Positions 1 to 8,449 of a DNA stretch of 20,000 nt are shown piece by piece. How positions within the stretch are numbered: the first letter of the stretch is position 1; every line of letters begins with the position of its first letter. The position numbers and the translations under genes are program-made. The notes under the pieces were generated by a model. It had not been told where the DNA came from and ran no database searches. It saw nothing but the letters and a program-made list of their open reading frames with translations. Source of the stretch: an uncultured virus (IMG/VR IMGVR_UViG_3300000243_000001) (taxonomy: Duplodnaviria > Heunggongvirae > Uroviricota > Caudoviricetes); the IMG/VR virus record IMGVR_UViG_3300000243_000001. One strand, 5' to 3'.

Positions 1-1
1 G

Positions 2-820
2 CTTGGTAAAATTGGACTTGATGGATCAACTGGTGGGTCAGGTGGTACTGGTCTCGATGGGGCATATGCTGCTCTTGGTGACACTGGTGGTACGGGTGAT
101 ATTGGTAATATTGGTGAGTTTACTATCGATATGGCATTCCCATCATTTAGGGATACAGATATCGATGTTGTTGAATTAGCTGCATTTGATTCAACTTCTA
201 GACTTATCGTTAATATTTATCAAGATAATCGTATGGATAAAGATATTCCTGATGGTATTCAAGGAGATATGACGGGTCATTTGGTTTCATATGATACGAC
301 ATCTTGGATGGATTGGGGACAATTTATTGGTGAAACTGGTGGGTCTGGTAAAACAGGTCACACTGGACATACTGGTAATACTGGAGCATCTGGTGACACA
401 GGTGAAACCGGTCATACTGGAGACTTGGGTTTAACTGGTGGTACTGGTTCATCTACGGGTGCAACTGGTGGTACTGGTAACACTGGTCATACTGGTGCGA
501 CAGGTTATACAGGTCATACTGGAGACTCTGGTCATAGTGGTGGTACGGGTGGTGCGATTTTACATGCTCCATTTATTGTATCATCTAATCATACGATTAC
601 AACCGAGAATGAAGTTGTGTTTGCAACTGGTGATAATATAATTGTTACATTGCCACCTGCAAGTTATCGATTAATTTCTAGAGTTATGAATACAGGAACT
701 GGAACTGTATTGGTTGATCCAGGTGGAGCTAAAGTAAATGGTAATACTGTTGATACATTAGTTGGACAGTATTCCAAAGGAACATACGTTAGTGATGGAT
801 CGAATTGGTTTAAATTCTAA
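2..820 (+). CDS. Collagen-like (Gly-X-Thr) fibre protein, 5'-truncated by the window edge, with a C-terminal phage fibre-type beta domain
   Basis: The frame of ORF 131..820 stays open back to nt 2 (LGKIGLDGSTGGSGGTGLDGAYAALGDTGGTGDIGNIGEFTIDM), so ATG131 is probably internal. G-X-Y triplets occur at about 5-118 and 329-556. The C-terminus IIVTLPPAS...TVLVDPGG...YVSDGSNW resembles small beta domains common at phage fibre ends. Confidence 0.8.
   Translation, partial: LGKIGLDGSTGGSGGTGLDGAYAALGDTGGTGDIGNIGEFTIDMAFPSFRDTDIDVVELAAFDSTSRLIVNIYQDNRMDKDIPDGIQGDMTGHLVSYDTTSWMDWGQFIGETGGSGKTGHTGHTGNTGASGDTGETGHTGDLGLTGGTGSSTGATGGTGNTGHTGATGYTGHTGDSGHSGGTGGAILHAPFIVSSNHTITTENEVVFATGDNIIVTLPPASYRLISRVMNTGTGTVLVDPGGAKVNGNTVDTLVGQYSKGTYVSDGSNWFKF
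329..556 (+). repeat. Collagen-like G-X-(T/S) repeat, 25 triplets with one single-residue interruption
   Basis: GET GGS GKT GHT GHT GNT GAS GDT GET GHT GDL GLT GGT GSS T GAT GGT GNT GHT GAT GYT GHT GDS GHS GGT GGA. The DNA shows recurring actggt units. Confidence 0.95.
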
Positions 821-828
821 GTAACCTG

Positions 829-871
829 GGATATGGGAGAGTAGAAACTTGCTCTCCCATTCCTAATCTTT
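829..871 (+). terminator. GC-rich stem-loop after the collagen-like gene; possible intrinsic terminator or RNA processing/stabilising hairpin
   Basis: ATGGGAGAGTA (833-843) pairs with TGCTCTCCCAT (850-860) with one G-U pair, extendable by GGA829-831/TCC861-863. The following U-tract (taatcttt) is weak. Confidence 0.55.
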
Positions 872-883
872 AAGAGAGTAATA

Positions 884-1909
884 ATGGAATATGATAATAA
901 ACAACTAATTAGAGAATGTAAAGAATTTTGGCAAATAACTGATTTTGAAACTGAAATACTTAATTGGGAATGGAATGTTAGTGCACCAAGTAATTTACAC
1001 TTTAATGTTGGGCATCCACAAGGTTCCCATAAAGGTGAATCATTAGGTGATATGTTACCATACACATTATTACCAGAAGTAATTAAAACGAAGTATCCAA
1101 CAGCAAGAGTATCTGTACCACCATGGTTCAAGCCAGTATTTAAACTGAATCCATATGTTGATGATTATGACTGGATGCCGCAACGTTGGGGTAGTTTAGG
1201 TACATGGGGAACCTCTGTTCAAAGAACTGCAAATGTATGGGGAATCAAGACCTTTGATTTTACTCCCAAACTATATTGTGAAAAAAATAACAAGAATAAA
1301 AAATTATTATTATTTTGTGTTAATTCAAAAACCGGTGGACAGATTTCTAATATCGAATTATTTGAGACGATAATTGAAGAACTGAAATCTGAATATTATT
1401 GTGTTCAACTAGGAATGAAATCTGATCCAATTGTTAGAACTGCGAATGAATATGCATTTAATATTGGAAGTGAAAATATAGTATCATTTGTATCACAATT
1501 TGATACATATATCGGGTCACAAAATAGCATTTATCACTTATCAAAAGCTTTAAAGTTAAATGTAATCGGCATATTACCAATGAATGTATATCCAGAATTG
1601 GTAGTTTTACCATTATTAACACAGATTAATTGGTTAGAAGTAGAAATGTTGACTGGTGAAGATCGACATCGACGAGATAAATGGATGGCATTTATATTGA
1701 ATAAAGGAATACATCCAGATGAATCTCATCATATTGGTTGGTTATATCCAGATTGTGTGCATATAACTGAACGTAAAGATGGTACTCTCAGATGTCCAAC
1801 GTTATCTGTTAATAATATAAAGATGGCTCTAAATAACGAAATTTATCCTTTTAATGATGATACATTATGGAATATCGATAAATATCGATCATTATGGATG
1901 GAGGCTTAA
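884..1909 (+). CDS. Glycosyltransferase, GT-B fold, GT9 (heptosyltransferase-like) family
   Basis: SLGDMLPYTLLPEVIKTKYPTARVSV matches the GT9 N-terminal 'lGD....P....lk..yP.a.i' motif. CVQLG...FVSQFDTYIGSQNSIYHLSKALKLNVIGIL matches the C-terminal 'ig.dSg..HlA.Alg.p.i.l' motif. Confidence 0.75.
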   Translation: MEYDNKQLIRECKEFWQITDFETEILNWEWNVSAPSNLHFNVGHPQGSHKGESLGDMLPYTLLPEVIKTKYPTARVSVPPWFKPVFKLNPYVDDYDWMPQRWGSLGTWGTSVQRTANVWGIKTFDFTPKLYCEKNNKNKKLLLFCVNSKTGGQISNIELFETIIEELKSEYYCVQLGMKSDPIVRTANEYAFNIGSENIVSFVSQFDTYIGSQNSIYHLSKALKLNVIGILPMNVYPELVVLPLLTQINWLEVEMLTGEDRHRRDKWMAFILNKGIHPDESHHIGWLYPDCVHITERKDGTLRCPTLSVNNIKMALNNEIYPFNDDTLWNIDKYRSLWMEA

Positions 1910-3139
1910 ATGAAAATTTATGGGGATTTAGATCTTCGTACTGGTGATTTGTATGAAGATGATGTAAAAACTTACGGTATAGTTACCGTAGCGAACGATG
2001 TTGATCGTGATGCACTGGCTGATGTTGAAGATGGTCAACTATCTGTCACATTACATGATTACTCAATGAATATGTATGATACAACATCTCTACTCTGGAA
2101 GAAATTCAATATTGCAGATCCAGTTCAATCTGTTACTGAATATGATGACTCTACAGCGAATATTACATTGAATACTGGACATGTTAATGTTCCATTAAAT
2201 AATGTGATCTATTCCGATCGAGCATCTACAGATATGTTGATGGACTTTTATTTCAAAGGTGCATTTGATAACTGGGATGTTATATCCAGACTGACTGGTG
2301 CTGACGTAGATGGTCATTCATTAAGTTTAACCTGGAATGAATACTATGGATTATGTATTCATGTTGCCGATCAAGACTTTCATGATACACGTATTTTTCC
2401 AACTGAGACCGATTGGCATCATTTCACATGTCGTCAAGATTATGTAAATGGTAATTTAGACTTTAGTTTAGATGGATTCCGAATCTATCAAACTCCAGTT
2501 GTGCCGTTACCGAGTCCAACTCAATTGCGTTTAGGACAAAGTGATGTCCAAGATAGTTACGATACTACATCTCTTTGGATAAATGGTTATCAAGGTAAGA
2601 TAGCACAATTCCGATTAGCTAATGAAATTAATCGTACATATGTTGACAATAGTTTCTCAATATATCCATATCGTGAGATTCCAGATGAACTCACGGAAAT
2701 ATTTATTCAACCACAAAAAGATGTAATCACTGACGATTCTCCGAATTTTGCTGTACCTGAAGTAGTCGCTCCGGCAGTATATGCAACTGGTGATTCGCCG
2801 TTCACTCAAGAAATTACATATGAAATCACAGATGAAGAACACCGTACATTCTTTCATAATGATGAAGCAGCTACAGATATCATATTCTTGCTACCAAATG
2901 TTGTAGATCAAAGAATATTCGCATTTGTACACTTTAATAATGGTAAGAATATCAAGATTAGATCGAGATATACGGAATCCATTGTGGGTATTAATGGCGA
3001 TGCATCTAATATTAATTGGAATTACATTAAAAATGATGAGACTACAGATAACTCTGCACTCATTATTAAAGGGAACGATGCCGGTCAGTGGGAAATTACA
3101 ACTGTTAAAGGTATTTGGAAAGAAGGTAATCAATATTAA
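1910..3139 (+). CDS. Putative virion fibre/adhesin: shared N-terminal module + LamG/ConA-like domain + C-terminal 'LP' beta domain
   Basis: LamG-like pattern LMDFYFK...DWHHFTC...FSLDG...LRLG...GYQGKIAQFRL. C-terminal IIFLLPNV...IIKGNDAGQWEI. GGAGG precedes the ATG, which directly follows the upstream TAA. Confidence 0.7.
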   Translation: MKIYGDLDLRTGDLYEDDVKTYGIVTVANDVDRDALADVEDGQLSVTLHDYSMNMYDTTSLLWKKFNIADPVQSVTEYDDSTANITLNTGHVNVPLNNVIYSDRASTDMLMDFYFKGAFDNWDVISRLTGADVDGHSLSLTWNEYYGLCIHVADQDFHDTRIFPTETDWHHFTCRQDYVNGNLDFSLDGFRIYQTPVVPLPSPTQLRLGQSDVQDSYDTTSLWINGYQGKIAQFRLANEINRTYVDNSFSIYPYREIPDELTEIFIQPQKDVITDDSPNFAVPEVVAPAVYATGDSPFTQEITYEITDEEHRTFFHNDEAATDIIFLLPNVVDQRIFAFVHFNNGKNIKIRSRYTESIVGINGDASNINWNYIKNDETTDNSALIIKGNDAGQWEITTVKGIWKEGNQY

Positions 3140-3166
3140 TAATTAGTATGTTCATGGAGATAGTTT

Positions 3167-3688
3167 ATGGATACCTATGGAGATATAGAATTCCAATCTG
3201 GTCGTTTACTGCAGAATGGTAAAAACTTCGGTATTGAAGTCGTGGCAAATTCAACTGAACGTGATAATTTAATTGATGTCAAAGATGGCACAATTATTAT
3301 GACTGCTGATGATCATGTTCTTAATATATATAATTCAACTGCCAATCGTTGGAATAAGATTAGAAACTTTACAGTATCTGAGGTTAATAGTCCAACCAGT
3401 GATCCTACACAGTTGTATACATCCGATAATCGTAGTATGTTAACGGATATCAATAACTGCAATAACTTCAATCTTCCTCAAGCTGTTATTGGATTGGAGT
3501 TATCGTTTTATAAGACCCAAACCACAGCATATACCATTACAGCTAATGGTGCTGATAAGATTGATGGTTATTCTAAATTCAGAAATTCTTCTACCGAACT
3601 TTACGTTTCTTGTTTATTGAAATGCATATCTGCTAACAAATGGATAGTTGTTCAAGAACAAGGATCTGGTTGGGTTGCAACAAATTAA
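3167..3688 (+). CDS. Short fibre paralog: N-terminal module fused directly to the 'LP' beta domain (no LamG)
   Basis: MDTYGDIEFQSG...FGIEVVANSTERDNLIDVKDG...DDHVLNIYNSTANRWNK aligns with the 1910 gene (MKIYGDLDLRTG...YGIVTVANDVDRDALADVEDG...DYSMNMYDTTSLLWKK). C-terminal FNLPQAVIGLEL...LKCISANKWIV. SD ggaga. Confidence 0.7.
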   Translation: MDTYGDIEFQSGRLLQNGKNFGIEVVANSTERDNLIDVKDGTIIMTADDHVLNIYNSTANRWNKIRNFTVSEVNSPTSDPTQLYTSDNRSMLTDINNCNNFNLPQAVIGLELSFYKTQTTAYTITANGADKIDGYSKFRNSSTELYVSCLLKCISANKWIVVQEQGSGWVATN

Positions 3689-3698
3689 GGGTTAATTC

Positions 3699-6422
3699 AT
3701 GAAACGATATGGTAATCCAAAATTAAGGACGGGAGAGATTCAATCAAATGTCTTTGCTAGTCCCGAAGCTTTCAATAAATTGGTTGTTAATGATATTTCT
3801 GAAGTTGACCAAGGATCTCTTGATCAAGAAGTTATTATATTCAATAAGGCTGACGATCAGGTATATGTATACCATCCTGAGTTCGATTCGTGGAAAGCTG
3901 TTGATGATAAACATCTTCACCCACATATGAAAACCAGTTCATTTCCTGATTTGGTTATTGATGAGGTGAATGATGTATATAACGCTATCCATTTTGATCG
4001 TATAGAATCAAACTACATTTCAGTTGAACCAGATCTGTTTGACTTCGGTCCAATAGGTTCACCGATAGATTTTGTAATTGATTTTTGGATTACTTCATAT
4101 TATAAGTCTGTGACTGAACCTGGATATGGTACTATTCTGTATAATGGGTTGAATACCGGTCAAGTTGATCTTGAAAATAATAAGAATCTTCTTATTACAA
4201 CTTCAGATATGCAACTACTTAAAAATCCTAATTATCAAGATGAACCAATACGTAATTTTGATACGTACAGTAATCGTGATAATTATATACACGTTATGAG
4301 ACCCGAGTTGCATGCTCGTAGGCCTTTACCTATGATTCGGGATCTCATAACTCATGTTGCACTAATTCGATCTGGTGACACTACATATCTTGCTGTTAAT
4401 GGTAAGATTGAAGACTCAGCACCATCTGTCGAATACTTTCATTACGATGATGTTTTATTTGGTGCTGGTTATGTTGAAGCATTTAATGGTCAATTGATTA
4501 ACTTCAGAGTATCTAAGAATACAGATCGTGGATGGACTACAGATTTCACTCCACCTAATTTGAATCCAGTTATTGATGTAAATACTGATTTCTTGTTGGG
4601 TAGTGATACTGTTACTGATACTACTGGTAAGTATACCGTTAATGTTAATGGTACTGTACCAGAAGTTAGTCAAAATCGATTTTATCATCAGTTAACTGAA
4701 GAAGATGTTGGTAAAAGCATTACAACAAATCTAGTTCAAGATAAGTTAGTTTTACGTTTACCTGATATATCTAAATCGTATTCATTTGAGGTTCATGCTG
4801 CGATTCCAATTGAAATTCTATCTGTTGACGAGCATCATTCGATCATTGGTGATAAATTTAATAAACAAATGTATCTTGATTTTAAGCCAAATCAAATACA
4901 TTTCTTTACCGTTCAGCGGGCAATAGATGATGGGTATTCAACTATATTGCATCATGACGATTATAGATTTCCGGAAGCTCATTTAATTTACAGGTTACTT
5001 GATTCACCTAATGTTGGTGGTTCATTTTCATTTCTGTGGATACCAATTGACGATACTTCATATAATACATATAGTCGAATTGCAGCCGCTGAAATAACTG
5101 CTCCAACGATTGTAGAAAAGTCACTAGTTGATGGGTGTTCGCTTGCGATCGATTGTGAAGTTAGTTCAACATTTACTTGCTGGCATACTACGATAGAAGG
5201 TTATGATCGAAATTTAGTTTTTGATTTCGTGATGCAACTTAAGTCTAATCCTCCAGATACTCGAGTTCTTGTTGGTCAAGCAAATGCGGCAACAACAGCA
5301 TACGATCCATCTTTAGTTATTAATGCAAATAATGCTATATATTATCGTAATTATTTTTTTCCATGGGATAGCACAGGTAATCCATTAGAATATCTGTTTA
5401 CTATGGAGGTAGGTGTATCGTATCATATAATGATGGCGAGATCTAAAGTTACAGATTCATTTCAAATTCTTTGGAAGAAGCTTGATGCTGATGAATATGA
5501 GATGCGATCATTTCGTTCTCCAAACAATAGCACTTATGATCGTGTATATCCATATTTTTATACTGGACCATGGTATGTATCTCATATTCGTTATCAATAT
5601 GATATGGGTACTGCAGAATTAACAGAACATGCCGATTATAACTTTAAGTTATATCGTCATTCGAAAAACTTGACTCATCAACATTATCTTAATCAACATG
5701 TTCGAACTTTAAATCACTCTCACATGAGATTTGACGATATTCGATTAATTGATGATACTGCATTTTGGAGCGCGAGTTTTAATATCGATGATGAAGTGAT
5801 TCATGTTTGTGAGTCTAAAGAACGAAAGGATTTCACAGATATGGCACCTTATGTTATTGATGAACCTGGGCCAGCTATTGGGATCAATAAAGTTGTTGAT
5901 TGTCGAAAGACTGGAACTCGCGACATTGCATCAGCAGGAACTAGCTTTAATTCAAGTAGTTGGAGTTTTGATTTTTTCATTAAGCCTAAACCTGGAGCCG
6001 CTGGGTATTTGTATAATAGTGCTTATACCCATGGAGCGATTTATTTGGATAGCCACCCATTAGATTCTACATTTCGACTATATGCTGGTGGTTGGAGGTA
6101 TCCACCAAATAATGAACTCATTCACGATGAATGGTATCATATGATTATATATCGTGCAAAAGGTGTTAACATTGGGGTTCATTGGAAACACATTGACGCA
6201 GATGATTATTTTAATCTTCACTATAATTATACTGGTACTGAATTTGATAGTGGAAGATTTTCGTATCATTCTGGATCGTGGTTGATGTCTAATCTTCGAT
6301 GTTGGAGAAAGCCTGCTGCAGTTACCGATGTACACTTCGAACATCTTAAGTATCCAAAAGCAGTTACTCAAAATCGTATGCTAAATCATACAATAGGTAA
6401 AGTAAATGAAACGATATGGTGA
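3699..6422 (+). CDS. Large fibre/receptor-binding paralog: N module + conserved LamG + LP domain + two tandem variable LamG-like domains
   Basis: FDFGPIGSPIDFVIDFW...HVALIRSGDTTYLAVNG...FNGQLINFRVSK is a LamG_3-like signature. Internal repeat YHIMMAR..WKKLDADEY / YHMIIYR..WKHIDADDY. Confidence 0.75.
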   Translation: MKRYGNPKLRTGEIQSNVFASPEAFNKLVVNDISEVDQGSLDQEVIIFNKADDQVYVYHPEFDSWKAVDDKHLHPHMKTSSFPDLVIDEVNDVYNAIHFDRIESNYISVEPDLFDFGPIGSPIDFVIDFWITSYYKSVTEPGYGTILYNGLNTGQVDLENNKNLLITTSDMQLLKNPNYQDEPIRNFDTYSNRDNYIHVMRPELHARRPLPMIRDLITHVALIRSGDTTYLAVNGKIEDSAPSVEYFHYDDVLFGAGYVEAFNGQLINFRVSKNTDRGWTTDFTPPNLNPVIDVNTDFLLGSDTVTDTTGKYTVNVNGTVPEVSQNRFYHQLTEEDVGKSITTNLVQDKLVLRLPDISKSYSFEVHAAIPIEILSVDEHHSIIGDKFNKQMYLDFKPNQIHFFTVQRAIDDGYSTILHHDDYRFPEAHLIYRLLDSPNVGGSFSFLWIPIDDTSYNTYSRIAAAEITAPTIVEKSLVDGCSLAIDCEVSSTFTCWHTTIEGYDRNLVFDFVMQLKSNPPDTRVLVGQANAATTAYDPSLVINANNAIYYRNYFFPWDSTGNPLEYLFTMEVGVSYHIMMARSKVTDSFQILWKKLDADEYEMRSFRSPNNSTYDRVYPYFYTGPWYVSHIRYQYDMGTAELTEHADYNFKLYRHSKNLTHQHYLNQHVRTLNHSHMRFDDIRLIDDTAFWSASFNIDDEVIHVCESKERKDFTDMAPYVIDEPGPAIGINKVVDCRKTGTRDIASAGTSFNSSSWSFDFFIKPKPGAAGYLYNSAYTHGAIYLDSHPLDSTFRLYAGGWRYPPNNELIHDEWYHMIIYRAKGVNIGVHWKHIDADDYFNLHYNYTGTEFDSGRFSYHSGSWLMSNLRCWRKPAAVTDVHFEHLKYPKAVTQNRMLNHTIGKVNETIW
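4023..4088 (+). repeat. Near-identical direct repeat, copy 1 (copy 2 at 10648-10713)
   Basis: gttgaaccagatctgtttgacttcggtccaataggttcaccgatagattttgt[a/g]attgatttttgg, 65/66 nt identical by manual comparison. Confidence 0.9.
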
Positions 6423-8439
6423 TTCTAATGTAATTCAATCGGAAGTAAAATCCGATGGTTTTGCAAGTACACAAGAATTCAACAAATTAATCGTTAATGA
6501 TCTTTCCGAGGTTGATCAGTCAACATTAGACCACGATGTTATTATATTTAATAAAGCAGATGATCATGTTTATACATATGACACTGGTTCAGATTCGTGG
6601 ATTTCACCGTGGAATGTCAGATATGATGGTCCATCTAGAGTTAATGATCATTCGGTTATATATGTAGATGATGTGAAGGAACAATATAATGAGTATCGCG
6701 TTTCTTCACAATCTAATATACTTGTTGATAAAGAGTTATTTAATTTCGGTCCAGCTGGTGCTCCAATTGATTTCGTTATAGATTTTTGGTTAGTTCATGA
6801 TGAAATCTCTGTTGAGAATGGTACGTTGTTGTATAATGGATTGGGTAGTGGTCAAGTTGATCTTGAACGAAATATGAATCTGTTAATGACAACTCATGGT
6901 GCTGAACTTGTTAAAAGCCCAGAGTATCAGTTACCACCAACTGTTGTAGAACACCCTGAAGATGATGGGTTTCTCAATGTACTTCGTCCACGGTTAAAAT
7001 CAAATTTTAAAGTAGACCAATACCACCTATGTCATGTCGCTTTGATTCGATCTGGTGACACTACATATCTAGCTATTGATGGTATTATTCATGATTCTGC
7101 ACCGTCTGTAAGATATTTTTATTATGATGATGTTATGATTGGTTCTGAATATCATGGTAATTTTGATGGTGGGATTGTTAATCTTAGAGTATCTAAGAAT
7201 ACAGATCGTGGGTGGACCACAGACTTTACTCCACCAAATTTTAACCCAGTAGTTGATGCTAATACCGATTTATTATTGACCGATGGTACATTAACTGATT
7301 CTACTGGTAATTATTCATTAACATCTAATGGTATTGTTGATTCTATACAACAACGATTTCCAGTAATGTTGGATGATTCTCATAATAACTGTGTGATAAA
7401 AACCAATCTTACCCAAGACTTATTAGTGTTACAACCACCTCGTGATGTAGTATTCAATTATTATTTTAGTCCAAGTATTAAGTTCAGAATTATTTGGCCA
7501 ACCAATATACGATATGCGGCGGATGGTGTTAAAGAGAGCATTTATGTATCCGATATTGTTAGTGACACCAATGTGTTTTGTAATGATCGTGAATTGATAT
7601 ATTTGGATCATTTTGGTGGAATGGCATTTGAGTATACTTGGATGAGAGGTATCGTTGAACGTGGGTTACGAATTGCTCAAACTGATACGTTTGGTGATAC
7701 TACTGTGCGTCAAGATAATATGGCAATGATAGTTCCAACAATATCTCGTCATGACTTTACGGTGGTTGGTGATACTGACTTTGGTGATATATCCGATCAT
7801 TATTATGAGGTATTAGACCATCCACAACGTGGTTTTCGAGCCGCTTTGGATATGCGAGTCGGTGATCTAATATATGATGTTGGTGCAACTCGATTTGGAA
7901 TTGATGGGTATCTGGACTACGGTTCATATCGCCCTGAGTGGATATCGTTACAATTCGATATTAAATTGTTATCTACTATAGGATTAATCCATCAACTTGC
8001 ACAATTCGAAGCACCTTCTATACCAAACATGAGTGTTAATATTCTTAATAATGCTTTAGTTGCCCCTGGTACGTTTATATCTGAAAAGGTATTCGATGTT
8101 GATAAATGGTATCGAGTATTAGTTGGGCCGAGTTTATCGTATAGATCAACATCATATATTGATTTTGGGTATTGGTTATATATCGTCGACTTGCATACTG
8201 GTGAGACATATAAATCTTATAACATTAATGTTGGGTATGTTGGTAGTCGCAGTTATAGTGCTCATTTTCAAAGATTCAATTCTGGTAATTACTTACTCGG
8301 TAACATTATTATTAGTAAAAGCGCAAATATATCTGGTGCAACCACTAGTAGTGGCACAACTGTTATCCGATATCCAGAAAGGCAGCTTAAAAATCAATTG
8401 TTCTATGATGATTTTCTTAGAACGGTTCTAAATACATAG
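6406..8439 (+). CDS. Fibre/receptor-binding paralog with conserved LamG and variable C-terminal domain
   Basis: High similarity to the 3699 gene over about the first 340 aa (FNKLIVNDLSEVDQ, IDFVIDFW, HVALIRSGDTTYLAIDG, NLRVSKNTDRGWTTDFTPP). Overlaps the upstream gene by 17 nt, with aggt upstream of the ATG. Confidence 0.75.
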   Translation: MKRYGDSNVIQSEVKSDGFASTQEFNKLIVNDLSEVDQSTLDHDVIIFNKADDHVYTYDTGSDSWISPWNVRYDGPSRVNDHSVIYVDDVKEQYNEYRVSSQSNILVDKELFNFGPAGAPIDFVIDFWLVHDEISVENGTLLYNGLGSGQVDLERNMNLLMTTHGAELVKSPEYQLPPTVVEHPEDDGFLNVLRPRLKSNFKVDQYHLCHVALIRSGDTTYLAIDGIIHDSAPSVRYFYYDDVMIGSEYHGNFDGGIVNLRVSKNTDRGWTTDFTPPNFNPVVDANTDLLLTDGTLTDSTGNYSLTSNGIVDSIQQRFPVMLDDSHNNCVIKTNLTQDLLVLQPPRDVVFNYYFSPSIKFRIIWPTNIRYAADGVKESIYVSDIVSDTNVFCNDRELIYLDHFGGMAFEYTWMRGIVERGLRIAQTDTFGDTTVRQDNMAMIVPTISRHDFTVVGDTDFGDISDHYYEVLDHPQRGFRAALDMRVGDLIYDVGATRFGIDGYLDYGSYRPEWISLQFDIKLLSTIGLIHQLAQFEAPSIPNMSVNILNNALVAPGTFISEKVFDVDKWYRVLVGPSLSYRSTSYIDFGYWLYIVDLHTGETYKSYNINVGYVGSRSYSAHFQRFNSGNYLLGNIIISKSANISGATTSSGTTVIRYPERQLKNQLFYDDFLRTVLNT

Positions 8440-8449
8440 GGTTAGTCTT

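Noticed and set aside
131..133. ATG131 as the start of the collagen-like gene
   Set aside because: The frame is open and still collagen-like upstream to the window edge, so the gene probably begins before the window.
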